NCBI GenBank assembly: GCA_049297695.1
Contig: JBAQUT010000021.1
Location: 583 to 64,582, forward strand
Source of the DNA: Alphaproteobacteria bacterium
Lineage (GTDB): Bacteria > Pseudomonadota > Alphaproteobacteria > UBA2136 > UBA6156
Reading direction: 5' to 3'
Length of the DNA: 64,000 bases
Shown here one piece after another: positions 55,963-64,000 of this stretch. The first letter of the stretch is position 1; every line of letters starts with the position of its first letter. The notes under the pieces were generated by a model. It worked only from the letters and a program-made list of their open reading frames with translations. It ran no database searches and was not told the origin of the DNA. The position numbers were made by a program, and so were the translations under genes.

Positions 55963-57549
55963 TTAAACCACGGCCGCCAAAAGCTTTTGCGTATAAGCCT
56001 GCTTGGGCTTGGCAAACACGGTGGCCGTGGGGCCGCTTTCCACCACTTTGCCTTTGTGCATCACCAGCACGTCATCCGCCAAGTGGCTTACCACCCGTAA
56101 ATCGTGGGATATGAAGATAAAACTGGTACCGTGCTCGCGCTGGATGCCTTCTAACAGTTTCAAAATCTGGTCTTGCACACTCACGTCCAACGCGCTGACG
56201 GCTTCGTCGCAGATGACCAGCTTGGGTTGCAAAGCCAAAGCACGGGCAATACACACGCGTTGTTTTTGGCCACCGCTCATTTGGTGGGGGTAGCGGCTGG
56301 CGGCATCGGCGGGCAGGCCGCAATCGGCCAACAGTTTTTTCACATAGGCTGGCACCTTGGCGGCGGGCAGGGTGCCGTGGGCCCGCACACCCTCCGCCAC
56401 GCTGGCGCCCACGGTCATTTTGGGGTTCAGGGCGGCGGCAGGGTCTTGGAACACCATCTGCATGTCCTTCCGCGCCACGCGCAAGGCCTCTTTCTCATGC
56501 TCCAAAAAGTTTTGGCCCATAAACACCACAGTGCCGCCCGCCGTGCCTTCCACCAAACGGGTGAGCACCCGTGCCAGCGTGCTTTTGCCGCTGCCACTTT
56601 CGCCCACCACGCCCAAGGTTTGGCCTTCCCGCAACGTAAACGTGGCACCGTGCAGGGCTTTCACATCCGCTTGCTTGCTCCACCATCCTGCCTTGCCTGC
56701 GTAGGTATGGCTCAGGTTGGAAACCTCTAATAGCACAGGGTCTTTACCCTTGCTCTTATTGGCTTTGGTGTCCCGAAGCTTCATGGTGGGCCGCGCCGCC
56801 AAAAGCTGTTGGGTGTAGGCGTGCTTGGGTTTGCTGAAAATCTGCTTGGTTGTGCCCGTTTCCACAACAGTGCCGTGGCGCATCACCACCATGCGGTCGG
56901 CCAGCGTTTCCACCACACCGAAATCGTGGGTAATCCACAGCATTGCCATGCCCATCTCGCGCTGCAAATCTTTTACCAAGGCCAAAATTTCGGCCTGAAC
57001 GGTCACATCCAGCGCCGTGGTAGGCTCGTCGGCAATCAACAGTTGGGGCTTGTGGGCCAAGGCCATGGCAATCATCACGCGCTGGCGTTGCCCGCCGGAA
57101 ATCTCGTGCGGATACGCCGCAAACATGCGTTCCGGGTCGGGCAAACCTACTTTCTCAAACAGCTCCAGCACGCGACGCTTGCGCTCGCCTTTGTTGAGGG
57201 TGCTGTGAATAATAAACGCCTCTTCCACCTGATACCCGCACGTCAGCACGGGGTTCATGGCGGTAGCAGGTTCTTGGAACACCATGGCCATGGCCGTGCC
57301 CCGCAACGCACGGCGGGCACGGGGGCGTAGGGTTTGCAGCTCTTCGCCGTTAAATTCCATGCGGTGGGCGCGTACCTCAAGTTCAGGCGCCAACAGGCCC
57401 ATAAGGCTTAAGGCAGTCAGGGTTTTCCCGCTACCACTTTCGCCCACCAAGGCCAAGTTTTCGCCACGTTCTACGGTAAACGATACCCCTTTCACCAATG
57501 GCGTGGTGGCGGTGCGGATATGAAGGTCATCAACGGCAAGCAACGGCAT
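55963..57549 (-). CDS. yejF: Fused double-ATPase ABC transporter (YejF/DppD-DppF-like)
   Basis: 528 aa. Two Walker A sites ([16 protein letters not shown]) and two LSGGQ signatures. Confidence 0.85.
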   Translation of the reverse strand: MPLLAVDDLHIRTATTPLVKGVSFTVERGENLALVGESGSGKTLTALSLMGLLAPELEVRAHRMEFNGEELQTLRPRARRALRGTAMAMVFQEPATAMNPVLTCGYQVEEAFIIHSTLNKGERKRRVLELFEKVGLPDPERMFAAYPHEISGGQRQRVMIAMALAHKPQLLIADEPTTALDVTVQAEILALVKDLQREMGMAMLWITHDFGVVETLADRMVVMRHGTVVETGTTKQIFSKPKHAYTQQLLAARPTMKLRDTKANKSKGKDPVLLEVSNLSHTYAGKAGWWSKQADVKALHGATFTLREGQTLGVVGESGSGKSTLARVLTRLVEGTAGGTVVFMGQNFLEHEKEALRVARKDMQMVFQDPAAALNPKMTVGASVAEGVRAHGTLPAAKVPAYVKKLLADCGLPADAASRYPHQMSGGQKQRVCIARALALQPKLVICDEAVSALDVSVQDQILKLLEGIQREHGTSFIFISHDLRVVSHLADDVLVMHKGKVVESGPTATVFAKPKQAYTQKLLAAVV

Positions 57550-57663
57550 GGAAAGGATGATAGGCGGAACGAGCGTGTTTGCAAAGCCATAAATATATGT
57601 TACAAAAATAGTGCCGCAAGGTGACGCTCTCTACGTCTACAATCAACAAAAAGGAGAGTCGTC

Positions 57664-57738
57664 ATGAACCTTCGTGGCGTACTGATTCTGACATTCAAGA
57701 TATGGCGGACGAAAGTCACCATCTTGATTGGCAGATAA
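57664..57738 (+). CDS. 24-aa hydrophobic/basic mini-ORF (MNLRGVLILTFKIWRTKVTILIGR) with its own SD and terminator
   Basis: aaggagag SD 5 nt upstream of the ATG. An intrinsic terminator follows immediately. Not in the ORF track. Confidence 0.25.
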   Translation: MNLRGVLILTFKIWRTKVTILIGR

Positions 57739-57740
57739 GA

Positions 57741-57778
57741 AAAGGGGCTTGTCGTATCCGCGACAGCCCCTTTTTGTC
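57741..57778 (+). terminator. Rho-independent terminator
   Basis: ggggcttgtcg/cgacagcccc stem followed by T5. Confidence 0.45.
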
Positions 57779-57824
57779 TACAATCAACATTGTTTTTATA
57801 AGCAATCTTCGGCGATATGTCAAC

Positions 57825-58481
57825 TCACTTCCGTCCTGTGGCAAGCAAGTACGTCTCGCGGCTGTCTTTGCGGCTGGCATCGGGCTTGATGAAACGAGCT
57901 TTCTCAAAATGAGGGCGGATGCGGTTCATCAGCTCGCGCTCTTCGCCGTTCATGAACAGTTTGGAAAGGAAAATCCCGCCCTTGGGCAAATGCTCCAACG
58001 CAAAGGCCTCGGCCAGTTCCACCAGCGCCATGGTGCGCAAGCCATCGGTTTCTTTGTGGCCCACGGTGTTGGCAGCCATGTCACTCAACACCACGTCAAT
58101 CGTGCGGCCTTTCAAAGCAGCCATCACGGCGCGCTCACCATCTTCGGTGGTAAAATCGTCTTGAATAAGAATCACATCCCCTATCGGGTCGGTTTCCAAC
58201 AGGTCTATCCCCACCACCACGCCACCATGGCCCACGCGGTTGGCTGCCACTTGGCACCAGCCACCAGGGGCGCAGCCTAAATCCACCACCACTTGGTTGG
58301 CTTTTAAAAAGTTCTCTTTCTCTAAAATCTCCAAAAGTTTAAATGCCGCACGGCTGCGGTAGCCCGCCGCGTGGGCGGCTTGTACGTAGGGGTCGGCACT
58401 TTGGCGCTTCAAGTAATCCTTCTGCGCCGGGCTTAACTTGGGGTTGGTAAATTTGGTGCGGTGGCCTTTGAGCGTATTCAT
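57825..58481 (-). CDS. rlmE: 23S rRNA (uridine2552-2-prime-O)-methyltransferase RlmE/FtsJ
   Basis: SAM motif VVDLGCAPGGWCQVA. RSRAAFKLLEI K-D-K-E region. Confidence 0.85.
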   Translation of the reverse strand: MNTLKGHRTKFTNPKLSPAQKDYLKRQSADPYVQAAHAAGYRSRAAFKLLEILEKENFLKANQVVVDLGCAPGGWCQVAANRVGHGGVVVGIDLLETDPIGDVILIQDDFTTEDGERAVMAALKGRTIDVVLSDMAANTVGHKETDGLRTMALVELAEAFALEHLPKGGIFLSKLFMNGEERELMNRIRPHFEKARFIKPDASRKDSRETYLLATGRK

Positions 58482-58527
58482 AGCAGAGTTGTAGCGGATT
58501 ATCAGCGCGTGTGGTAGCCCTTTGTGC

Positions 58528-58968
58528 ATGACACAACCTGTTCACATCCACGCCTTTACCGATGGAGCCTGCAGCGGCAACCCCGGCCCAGGCGGCTGGG
58601 CGTATTTGCTGAAATGGAAAGGCCACGCCAAAGAAGCCAGCGGCGGCGACCCCCACACCACCAACAACCGCATGGAAATGACGGCGGTGATTGAGGTGAT
58701 GCGGGGGTTAAAACAGCCGTGCCATATTACCCTTCATACCGACAGCCAGTATGTGCTGAAAGGCTTTACCGAATGGTTGCCCGGCTGGCAGCGCAAAGGC
58801 TGGAAAAACAGCCAGAACAAGCCTGTGGAAAACCGTGATTTGTGGGAAGCCATGCTGGCCGCTGCCAAACCCCACACGTTGGAATGGGTGTGGGTGCGCG
58901 GCCATGCGGGCCACCCTGAAAACGAACGGGTAGATGCTTTGGCCGTAGCAGCGGTGCCCCGTACCTAA
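58528..58968 (+). CDS. rnhA: Ribonuclease HI
   Basis: IHAFTDGACSGNPGPGGWA plus the canonical D-E-D-D residues. 146 aa. Confidence 0.85.
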   Translation: MTQPVHIHAFTDGACSGNPGPGGWAYLLKWKGHAKEASGGDPHTTNNRMEMTAVIEVMRGLKQPCHITLHTDSQYVLKGFTEWLPGWQRKGWKNSQNKPVENRDLWEAMLAAAKPHTLEWVWVRGHAGHPENERVDALAVAAVPRT

Positions 58969-59111
58969 AAGCCACATACCAAGTCTTGAAACGCTCAACC
59001 TTTCTTGCTCCATCCAACCCCGCCCGCTACAAAGCACACGCTCCTTTCAAGGGGCTTATTTAGTTCAAAATGCCCCTTGCATCCCCCTGCGGCACACCCT
59101 ACCATGGGACT

Positions 59112-59738
59112 ATGAATGTTGCCCGCGCGCCTTTAGCTAAAAGTGTCTGGAATCAGGGCATTCTCACCAGTTTGAAAGGCCAGTTGTTGGTGGCCACGGC
59201 GGAGCTGAATGGCAGCGTGTTTGAGCGATCTATTATTTACATGGTGAACCACGACAGCAACGGCGCCATGGGCGTGGTGGTGAACAAACCCTTCCCCAAA
59301 CTGACCTTTAGCGACGTGGTACGCGGCATGAACATTGAAGACATGATGCAGGCAGGGGTTGGCATTGGCCTTACCCGCCAACCAATTATCATGAAGGGCG
59401 GGCCCGTAGACCCCAACCGTGGTTTTGTGTTGCACAGCGGCGAATACAAGCTGCCTGCCACCATCGAGGTGAACGGTGAATTCGGCCTATCCGCCACCGC
59501 CGAGATCGTCAGCGATATTGCCAAAGGCCAAGGCCCCCGCAAATTGAACTTTTGTTTGGGCTATGCAGGCTGGGGCCCCGGCCAATTGGATAACGAAATG
59601 CACGGCCAGGGCTGGCTGATAGCCCCCGCCGACCGGAACTTGGTGTTTGATACCCCCGCCGATGAGCGTTACACGGCGGTTACCCGCCACATGGGCCTTA
59701 ACTCGCTCAACTTCAGCGAGGTTGTGGGTCAGGCTTAA
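59112..59738 (+). CDS. yqgE: YqgE/AlgH family protein (UPF0301)
   Basis: LKGQLLVATAELNGSVFERSIIYMVNHDSNGAMGVVVNKP is a family hallmark. Confidence 0.8.
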   Translation: MNVARAPLAKSVWNQGILTSLKGQLLVATAELNGSVFERSIIYMVNHDSNGAMGVVVNKPFPKLTFSDVVRGMNIEDMMQAGVGIGLTRQPIIMKGGPVDPNRGFVLHSGEYKLPATIEVNGEFGLSATAEIVSDIAKGQGPRKLNFCLGYAGWGPGQLDNEMHGQGWLIAPADRNLVFDTPADERYTAVTRHMGLNSLNFSEVVGQA

Positions 59739-60091
59739 CGGCTTGGTGAATTATCCTGGAAAGCGCTGGTGGTGCGCATCCGGCGGTCCAAGCTGGCAGC
59801 GGTAACTTTCATATGGATGGATTTCCCAGCTTCAAAGATACTTAGCTCAAGGCAGTAGGTTTTTACATCGTCAGCATGTATGGGGTCATTGATAATAGTT
59901 GTGTAACCTGCAAAAAAGTCTCGGGTATCATGATGCTCCACATATACAAGCCGTTCAGATTTAGCTGTAAAATCTTCATCGCAAGGTCGTGTGGCGTACC
60001 CTTGGTTATGTACCTGTTTAAGAACCTCTTTGATAAGGTCTTTAGCGAAATAGCGGCCATATTCAAAAGGTGTTTGAGGGTTTTGATTCAT
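59735..60091 (-). CDS. Hypothetical protein, lower GC
   Basis: ORF 59735-60109. Start chosen at MNQNPQ. No recognisable motifs. Confidence 0.4.
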   Translation of the reverse strand: MNQNPQTPFEYGRYFAKDLIKEVLKQVHNQGYATRPCDEDFTAKSERLVYVEHHDTRDFFAGYTTIINDPIHADDVKTYCLELSIFEAGKSIHMKVTAASLDRRMRTTSAFQDNSPSR

Positions 60092-60127
60092 ACAGGTTAC
60101 ATAGGGCACATTATCATAAAATCAAGC

Positions 60128-60562
60128 CTATTCCGCCGCCAGAAGGTGAGTGTCCGAGCTTTCCAACGCGGGGGAAGGTGGTTCAAGGCAATCCAAAAGC
60201 GGGGCTTGGGTTTGGGTGTTGGTTGGCACAGAAAGCCTTTCCAGTCGTTGGCGTTCCAACATCAACGCCTCGGCCAAGGAAAAGTTGGTAGAAGGCAGGG
60301 GACGCGCCACGCCAATCAGCATGGTGTGGGCTTGGCCAAAGGTGATAAGCAGTTCCAGACCGCTGTCGCTGCTAAGTCCAGCCCGCAAGCCGTTGGCATA
60401 TTCGGCGTTGTAGCAGGTGGTTAAAACCTCAAAGGCGTCCATGGTGCCTGCTGGTGTGGAGCGGATGAGGCGCCCCGCCATCACAAGGCCGTCATCAAAG
60501 GTTCGGGGGGAATCGCGCCAGCCCACGGGGGGCGTTAAAGGGTATGGAATCAACATGTTCAA
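60128..60562 (-). CDS. Hypothetical protein
   Basis: 144 aa. No recognisable motifs. Confidence 0.4.
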   Translation of the reverse strand: MNMLIPYPLTPPVGWRDSPRTFDDGLVMAGRLIRSTPAGTMDAFEVLTTCYNAEYANGLRAGLSSDSGLELLITFGQAHTMLIGVARPLPSTNFSLAEALMLERQRLERLSVPTNTQTQAPLLDCLEPPSPALESSDTHLLAAE

Positions 60563-60569
60563 CAGTACG

Positions 60570-62063
60570 TTAGGCTTGCGTAGTTGTCCAGCATAGCCAC
60601 GTGTTCAGATGCCTTAAAACCGTGCCGCCCCTCTCCACTTCCAAGGGTGTCCAAGGCTCACACTGACCAAAGCGCGCTTTGACCGCGGCGGGCAGGGTGG
60701 GGGCTTCGTTCACGTACACCACCAAACGGTTGTCCAGCGCGGGCCACGGCCACAGGTCGTACTGCACGGGGCGGCGGGTGCCGTCGTTCATATATAAGGT
60801 AAGGGGTTGGCCAGTGGTGTGGAAGGCCAGTTGTGCCGTGGTTTGGTAGCGGGAGGTGAGCAGCACGGGGTTATCCAGCCGCGCCAGTTGCAGGCCTACC
60901 AGTTGGCCCATGTCGTTCCAACCTTGCAGGTCTTTGGTGGGGTCGTTTTTGTGGGGCAGGGCGATGCCAACGGCCGCCAGCAGGCGGGTGTCGTGCAAGG
61001 CAAGGCTTAAGGCGGTGTTGGTGGCCAGCATCAGCCCCAGCGCCACCATGCCCCAACGGGGGAGGCGCCCCAGCGCAACAGCCAGCAACACCATGGCGGG
61101 CACGGTGCCCAGCAACGGCCAGTTGGGTTGCACTTTGGCTTGCAGGGTTTGGGCGGCAAAAGCGGCAAACAGGGGGAGTGTAGCTATAAGTATCAGTTTA
61201 AGATAAGGTGATATTGTTTTGTAGTTATAAGTTTTGTATCCCCATACTACTATAAGGGCCAACAACGTGAACGGCCCCAGCACCAAAGCTTGGCCACCCA
61301 TAAAGTCGGCCAGCGTGGCAAGGCCGCCATGACGGGTATCGCCGCCGCCATCGGTTTGCCACAACACGTGGGTTAGGCCGTCCATGCCGTGGGTCAGGTT
61401 CCAATACACTACAGGGGTTTGCAGGGCCAACGCCAGCAAGGCGGCAGCGTAAGGTTGGGGGTGCAGAAGCCAACGGGGGCGCTCCAGCAGCACAAACAGC
61501 CCCACCAGCGGCACACACAGCACGGCGGTGTATTTGGCCAAGCCAGCCAGCCCCACCAGCAGGCCCACCAGCAACCACGGCCCCCACACAGGGGTGTTGG
61601 ACGGTAAAGTTCGCATAATGATAAAAAGGGCGCCCATCCACAGGGGGAGGAGCAACGCATCCGGGCTCATCAACAACCCACCCCCGGCCACCAAAGGCAA
61701 GGTGGAAAACAAGGCAAACGCCGCCCATGCTACTGTGGTTCCACCAATTAGCCCTGCCATGCCAAACCCCAACAGGGCTACAGCGCTTTGACTTATCAGC
61801 GCAAACAGCTTCACCCCCAACAACGTATCTCCAAAAACAGCCGTGCTAAGCCATATGGCCGTGGTGGTGAGGGGAGGTTTAGAAAGGTAGCTCCAATCCA
61901 TGTGGCTGGTCCAATGCCAGTACTGGGCTTCATCGGGCCCCAAGCCGTAAGGCATCAGCCACACCACATAAGCTATGCGGGCCAACAGCAAGGCAATAGC
62001 CACGGCCCACGCCATGCCCCACGGCTGGGCGGGCTTTACAGGGTGTAGCTTTGCGGGCACCAT
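60570..62063 (-). CDS. Glycosyltransferase family 39 (ArnT/PMT-like) membrane protein
   Basis: Polytopic. N-terminal GPDEAQYWHW...KPPL motif typical of ArnT-like lipid/protein glycosyltransferases. Start chosen at MVPAKL to avoid a 5-prime overlap with the divergent PAP2 gene. Confidence 0.75.
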   Translation of the reverse strand: MVPAKLHPVKPAQPWGMAWAVAIALLLARIAYVVWLMPYGLGPDEAQYWHWTSHMDWSYLSKPPLTTTAIWLSTAVFGDTLLGVKLFALISQSAVALLGFGMAGLIGGTTVAWAAFALFSTLPLVAGGGLLMSPDALLLPLWMGALFIIMRTLPSNTPVWGPWLLVGLLVGLAGLAKYTAVLCVPLVGLFVLLERPRWLLHPQPYAAALLALALQTPVVYWNLTHGMDGLTHVLWQTDGGGDTRHGGLATLADFMGGQALVLGPFTLLALIVVWGYKTYNYKTISPYLKLILIATLPLFAAFAAQTLQAKVQPNWPLLGTVPAMVLLAVALGRLPRWGMVALGLMLATNTALSLALHDTRLLAAVGIALPHKNDPTKDLQGWNDMGQLVGLQLARLDNPVLLTSRYQTTAQLAFHTTGQPLTLYMNDGTRRPVQYDLWPWPALDNRLVVYVNEAPTLPAAVKARFGQCEPWTPLEVERGGTVLRHLNTWLCWTTTQA

Positions 62064-62102
62064 GGCGCCATGCTGAACATCCGCCCGCTCACGGTCAACC
62101 CC

Positions 62103-63032
62103 ATGCTTCATGAAACGCTGATTATAAGTGCAGCCGTGGGCGCATGCGCCCTGCTGGCCTACGCCACGGGGTTGGATGCCGCCTTAGCCCGCCTGTTGTA
62201 CACCCCAACCTCGCCATGGGCGGCGTTTTTGCGGGAATACGGCGCCTTGAGCACGGGCATTGGGGCATGGCTGTGCCTGTTGGGGCTACTGCTGCCCCGT
62301 GCCGCCACCCGCTGGCCCAGCGTTTACAAAGCCATGGCCGTGGTGGTACTAACGGCCGTGCTAGGGGCGGGGCTTCTCAACCAGATTGTGGTGAAAGACC
62401 TTGCCCAGCGCCCCCGCCCACGGGATGGCGTGCTGGCCGAACAGGTGGCACCGCAAACCGAGCTCCACGGAAAATCCATGCCCAGTGGCCACGCGGGGAT
62501 GGCGTATGTTCTGGCCGCTCCGTACTTTGCCTTGCGCACCCGTAAACCCAAAGCTGCCAAGGGGTTTTTGTTGGTCGGGTTGGTGTGGGGCAGCGTGGTG
62601 GGTGTGGCACGGATGGTGGCAGGCGCCCACTTCCTGTCCGACGTGTTGGTGGCAGCCTTGATAACCTTGGCCACGGCGCGGGTGGCGGCGGGAGTTATGG
62701 ACAACGCGCCCCCTATCCCCCGCAAAGCTTTGCTGGCAGGTATGGTGCTTATCGGGGCGTTGTTTGTGCTGGGGAACAAATTTACGGTGGATGTAACTTA
62801 TATGGCAACCACCCCGTGGCATAGCCTGAACCTTCCCTGCACCTTGCAAGGCCGCCCCGAAGCGGGAATCACCACCCCAACCTTGCAGGTACGAGTTACG
62901 GGGTATGGGGCGCCTACCTCCCAGCTCCGCCTGCGGGATGATAACGGGGTGTTGCAGTTGGAAACCCGTTACGGGCTGTACCATTCGCTAGCCTGCACGG
63001 GAGAGGTAGTGTTACCCATGGCGGTGGAATAA
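62103..63032 (+). CDS. PAP2-family phosphatase (membrane)
   Basis: KDLAQRPRP, PSGH and SRTAGAHFLSD motifs. Divergent from the ArnT-like gene, a pairing common in lipid A/LPS modification. Confidence 0.75.
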   Translation: MLHETLIISAAVGACALLAYATGLDAALARLLYTPTSPWAAFLREYGALSTGIGAWLCLLGLLLPRAATRWPSVYKAMAVVVLTAVLGAGLLNQIVVKDLAQRPRPRDGVLAEQVAPQTELHGKSMPSGHAGMAYVLAAPYFALRTRKPKAAKGFLLVGLVWGSVVGVARMVAGAHFLSDVLVAALITLATARVAAGVMDNAPPIPRKALLAGMVLIGALFVLGNKFTVDVTYMATTPWHSLNLPCTLQGRPEAGITTPTLQVRVTGYGAPTSQLRLRDDNGVLQLETRYGLYHSLACTGEVVLPMAVE

Positions 63033-63120
63033 GTTAGGCCATAAGCTGTTTTAACCCTTGACGCCTACACCAAACTGCTCTAAATGGCCAAGATAACACC
63101 TGAGATTAAGGAGATTTACC

Positions 63121-63486
63121 ATGCCACGTACCTGCGACATCACCGGCAAACGCACCAGCGCCGGGAGCAACGTTTCCCACTCCAACGCCCACACCAAGCG
63201 TGTGTTTAAGCCCAACCTGCATGTAAAAGGCTTTTTGTCCGACATTTTGGGCCGCGTGGTACGTTTGCGCGTATCCAGCCGTGCGCTGCGCACCATTGAT
63301 AAATACAACGGTTTGGATGGCTTTATGCTGCAAGTAAAAAACCGCCGCGTGGTCGAAGATTTCACCGATTTCGCCCGCACCATCCGGAAGGAAATCATCG
63401 CCAAGGCCCCCAAAACCGAAGTCGCCCCCAAAGCTGCTAAGGCCAAAAAGGCCCCCGCCAAAGCTAAAAAAGCCAAGGCCGAGTAA
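63121..63486 (+). CDS. rpmB: 50S ribosomal protein L28 with Lys/Ala-rich C-terminal extension
   Basis: MPRTCDITGKRTSAGSNVSHSNAHTKR core. AKKAPAKAKKAKAE tail. Confidence 0.85.
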   Translation: MPRTCDITGKRTSAGSNVSHSNAHTKRVFKPNLHVKGFLSDILGRVVRLRVSSRALRTIDKYNGLDGFMLQVKNRRVVEDFTDFARTIRKEIIAKAPKTEVAPKAAKAKKAPAKAKKAKAE

Positions 63487-63509
63487 GGTTGAAAGTCTAA
63501 GTTACATAA

Positions 63510-63530
63510 ACCCCGCGCTGCGGGGTTTAT
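63510..63530. terminator. Bidirectional intrinsic terminator between rpmB and the convergent oxidoreductase gene
   Basis: ccccgcgctgcgggg hairpin with T-rich flanks on both strands. Confidence 0.5.
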
Positions 63531-64000
63531 TCATGCTCAAACGTAAGAATGGTTTTTCCAACCGAATCTCCCGAGGCCACATAGTGGTAAGCCTCGGCCA
63601 CGGCATCCACAGGGAACACGGTGAGCGGAGGCGGCTGGAGATGACCTTGCTGTGCCAACGTAGCAACGTGCTGCAACAGGGCTATACCGACATCGGTGTG
63701 CTGTTCCAAAAAAGCAAGGTTGAAGCCGTGTACGCTGCGGTTGGTGGCGGTCATATCCCATGGCGAAAACGACGGGATGCGCAAATAGTTGTACGCTAAA
63801 AACGGTAAGAGGGCAGGGAGTTTGCGGGGGAAAACCTCGGCAAACCCATACACCACAAGGTTCCCCATGGGTTTTAAACGCTCAAACGAGGGGCGCAAGG
63901 TGCTTACACCGCAGGCATCCAAAACGGCATCAAATCCATTGGGGTAAGCAGCATCTACGTGGCGCCATAACTGGGGCGAACGGACAAACACGGTATGGGC
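63527..64000 (-). CDS. Zinc-binding dehydrogenase / quinone oxidoreductase family protein (MDR superfamily), C-terminal part; the gene continues beyond the window
   Basis: C-terminus ...VFPVDAVAEAYHYVASGDSVGKTILTFEHE is typical of NADPH:quinone reductase-like proteins. The frame is open to the window end. Confidence 0.55.
   Translation of the reverse strand, partial: AHTVFVRSPQLWRHVDAAYPNGFDAVLDACGVSTLRPSFERLKPMGNLVVYGFAEVFPRKLPALLPFLAYNYLRIPSFSPWDMTATNRSVHGFNLAFLEQHTDVGIALLQHVATLAQQGHLQPPPLTVFPVDAVAEAYHYVASGDSVGKTILTFEHE

Overview
High-GC chromosomal segment from a Gram-negative, probably proteobacterial, genome. Intergenic regions are AT-rich. No rRNA genes or CRISPR arrays were seen. Most of the window is housekeeping: an ABC substrate-binding protein, a GntR-family regulator, ugd, pgk, zapA followed by a 5-formyl-THF cyclo-ligase, a YmdB-like protein, yebC, ruvC, gltA, dnaE, lolCD, proS of the Thermus/archaeal type, hpt, accBC, tRNA-Ser, mltB, rlpA, dacC, tmk, holB, tatD, a yejF-like ATPase, rlmE, rnhA, yqgE, an ArnT-like glycosyltransferase with a PAP2 phosphatase, and rpmB.

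The main accessory feature is a roughly 10.7-kb lower-GC island inserted into the 3-prime end of tRNA-Trp(CCA). It is bounded by a perfect 17-bp direct repeat at 4442-4458 and 15112-15128. All 11 of its genes are on the minus strand:
- a tyrosine integrase;
- a four-gene cassette of unknown function: a DUF488-like protein with a Cys/His tail, a 264-aa unknown, a 200-aa unknown, and a 720-aa protein with a GHC motif reminiscent of the PcfJ family;
- a Hin/Gin-type serine recombinase with a palindromic site immediately upstream;
- an HTH/Rep-like protein;
- several small proteins, including a CxxC...CxxCHxxxH (HNH-like) protein.
The cassette is the best candidate for an undescribed system, possibly anti-phage or island-maintenance.

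Other points of note:
- two dispersed intergenic repeat families: a 30-bp element present 5 times, always just upstream of and co-oriented with a gene start; and a GTTGTAR heptamer array present 4 times, including a perfect 25-bp inverted pair between zapA and ygfA, where 6S RNA would normally be expected;
- an unannotated 37-aa Lys/Ala-rich histone-H1-like mini-protein with a strong terminator;
- an orphan traG/virD4 coupling-protein cluster with no relaxase or T4SS in the window;
- several AT-rich orphan genes of likely foreign origin;
- a type-I-toxin-like mini-ORF with its own SD and terminator.
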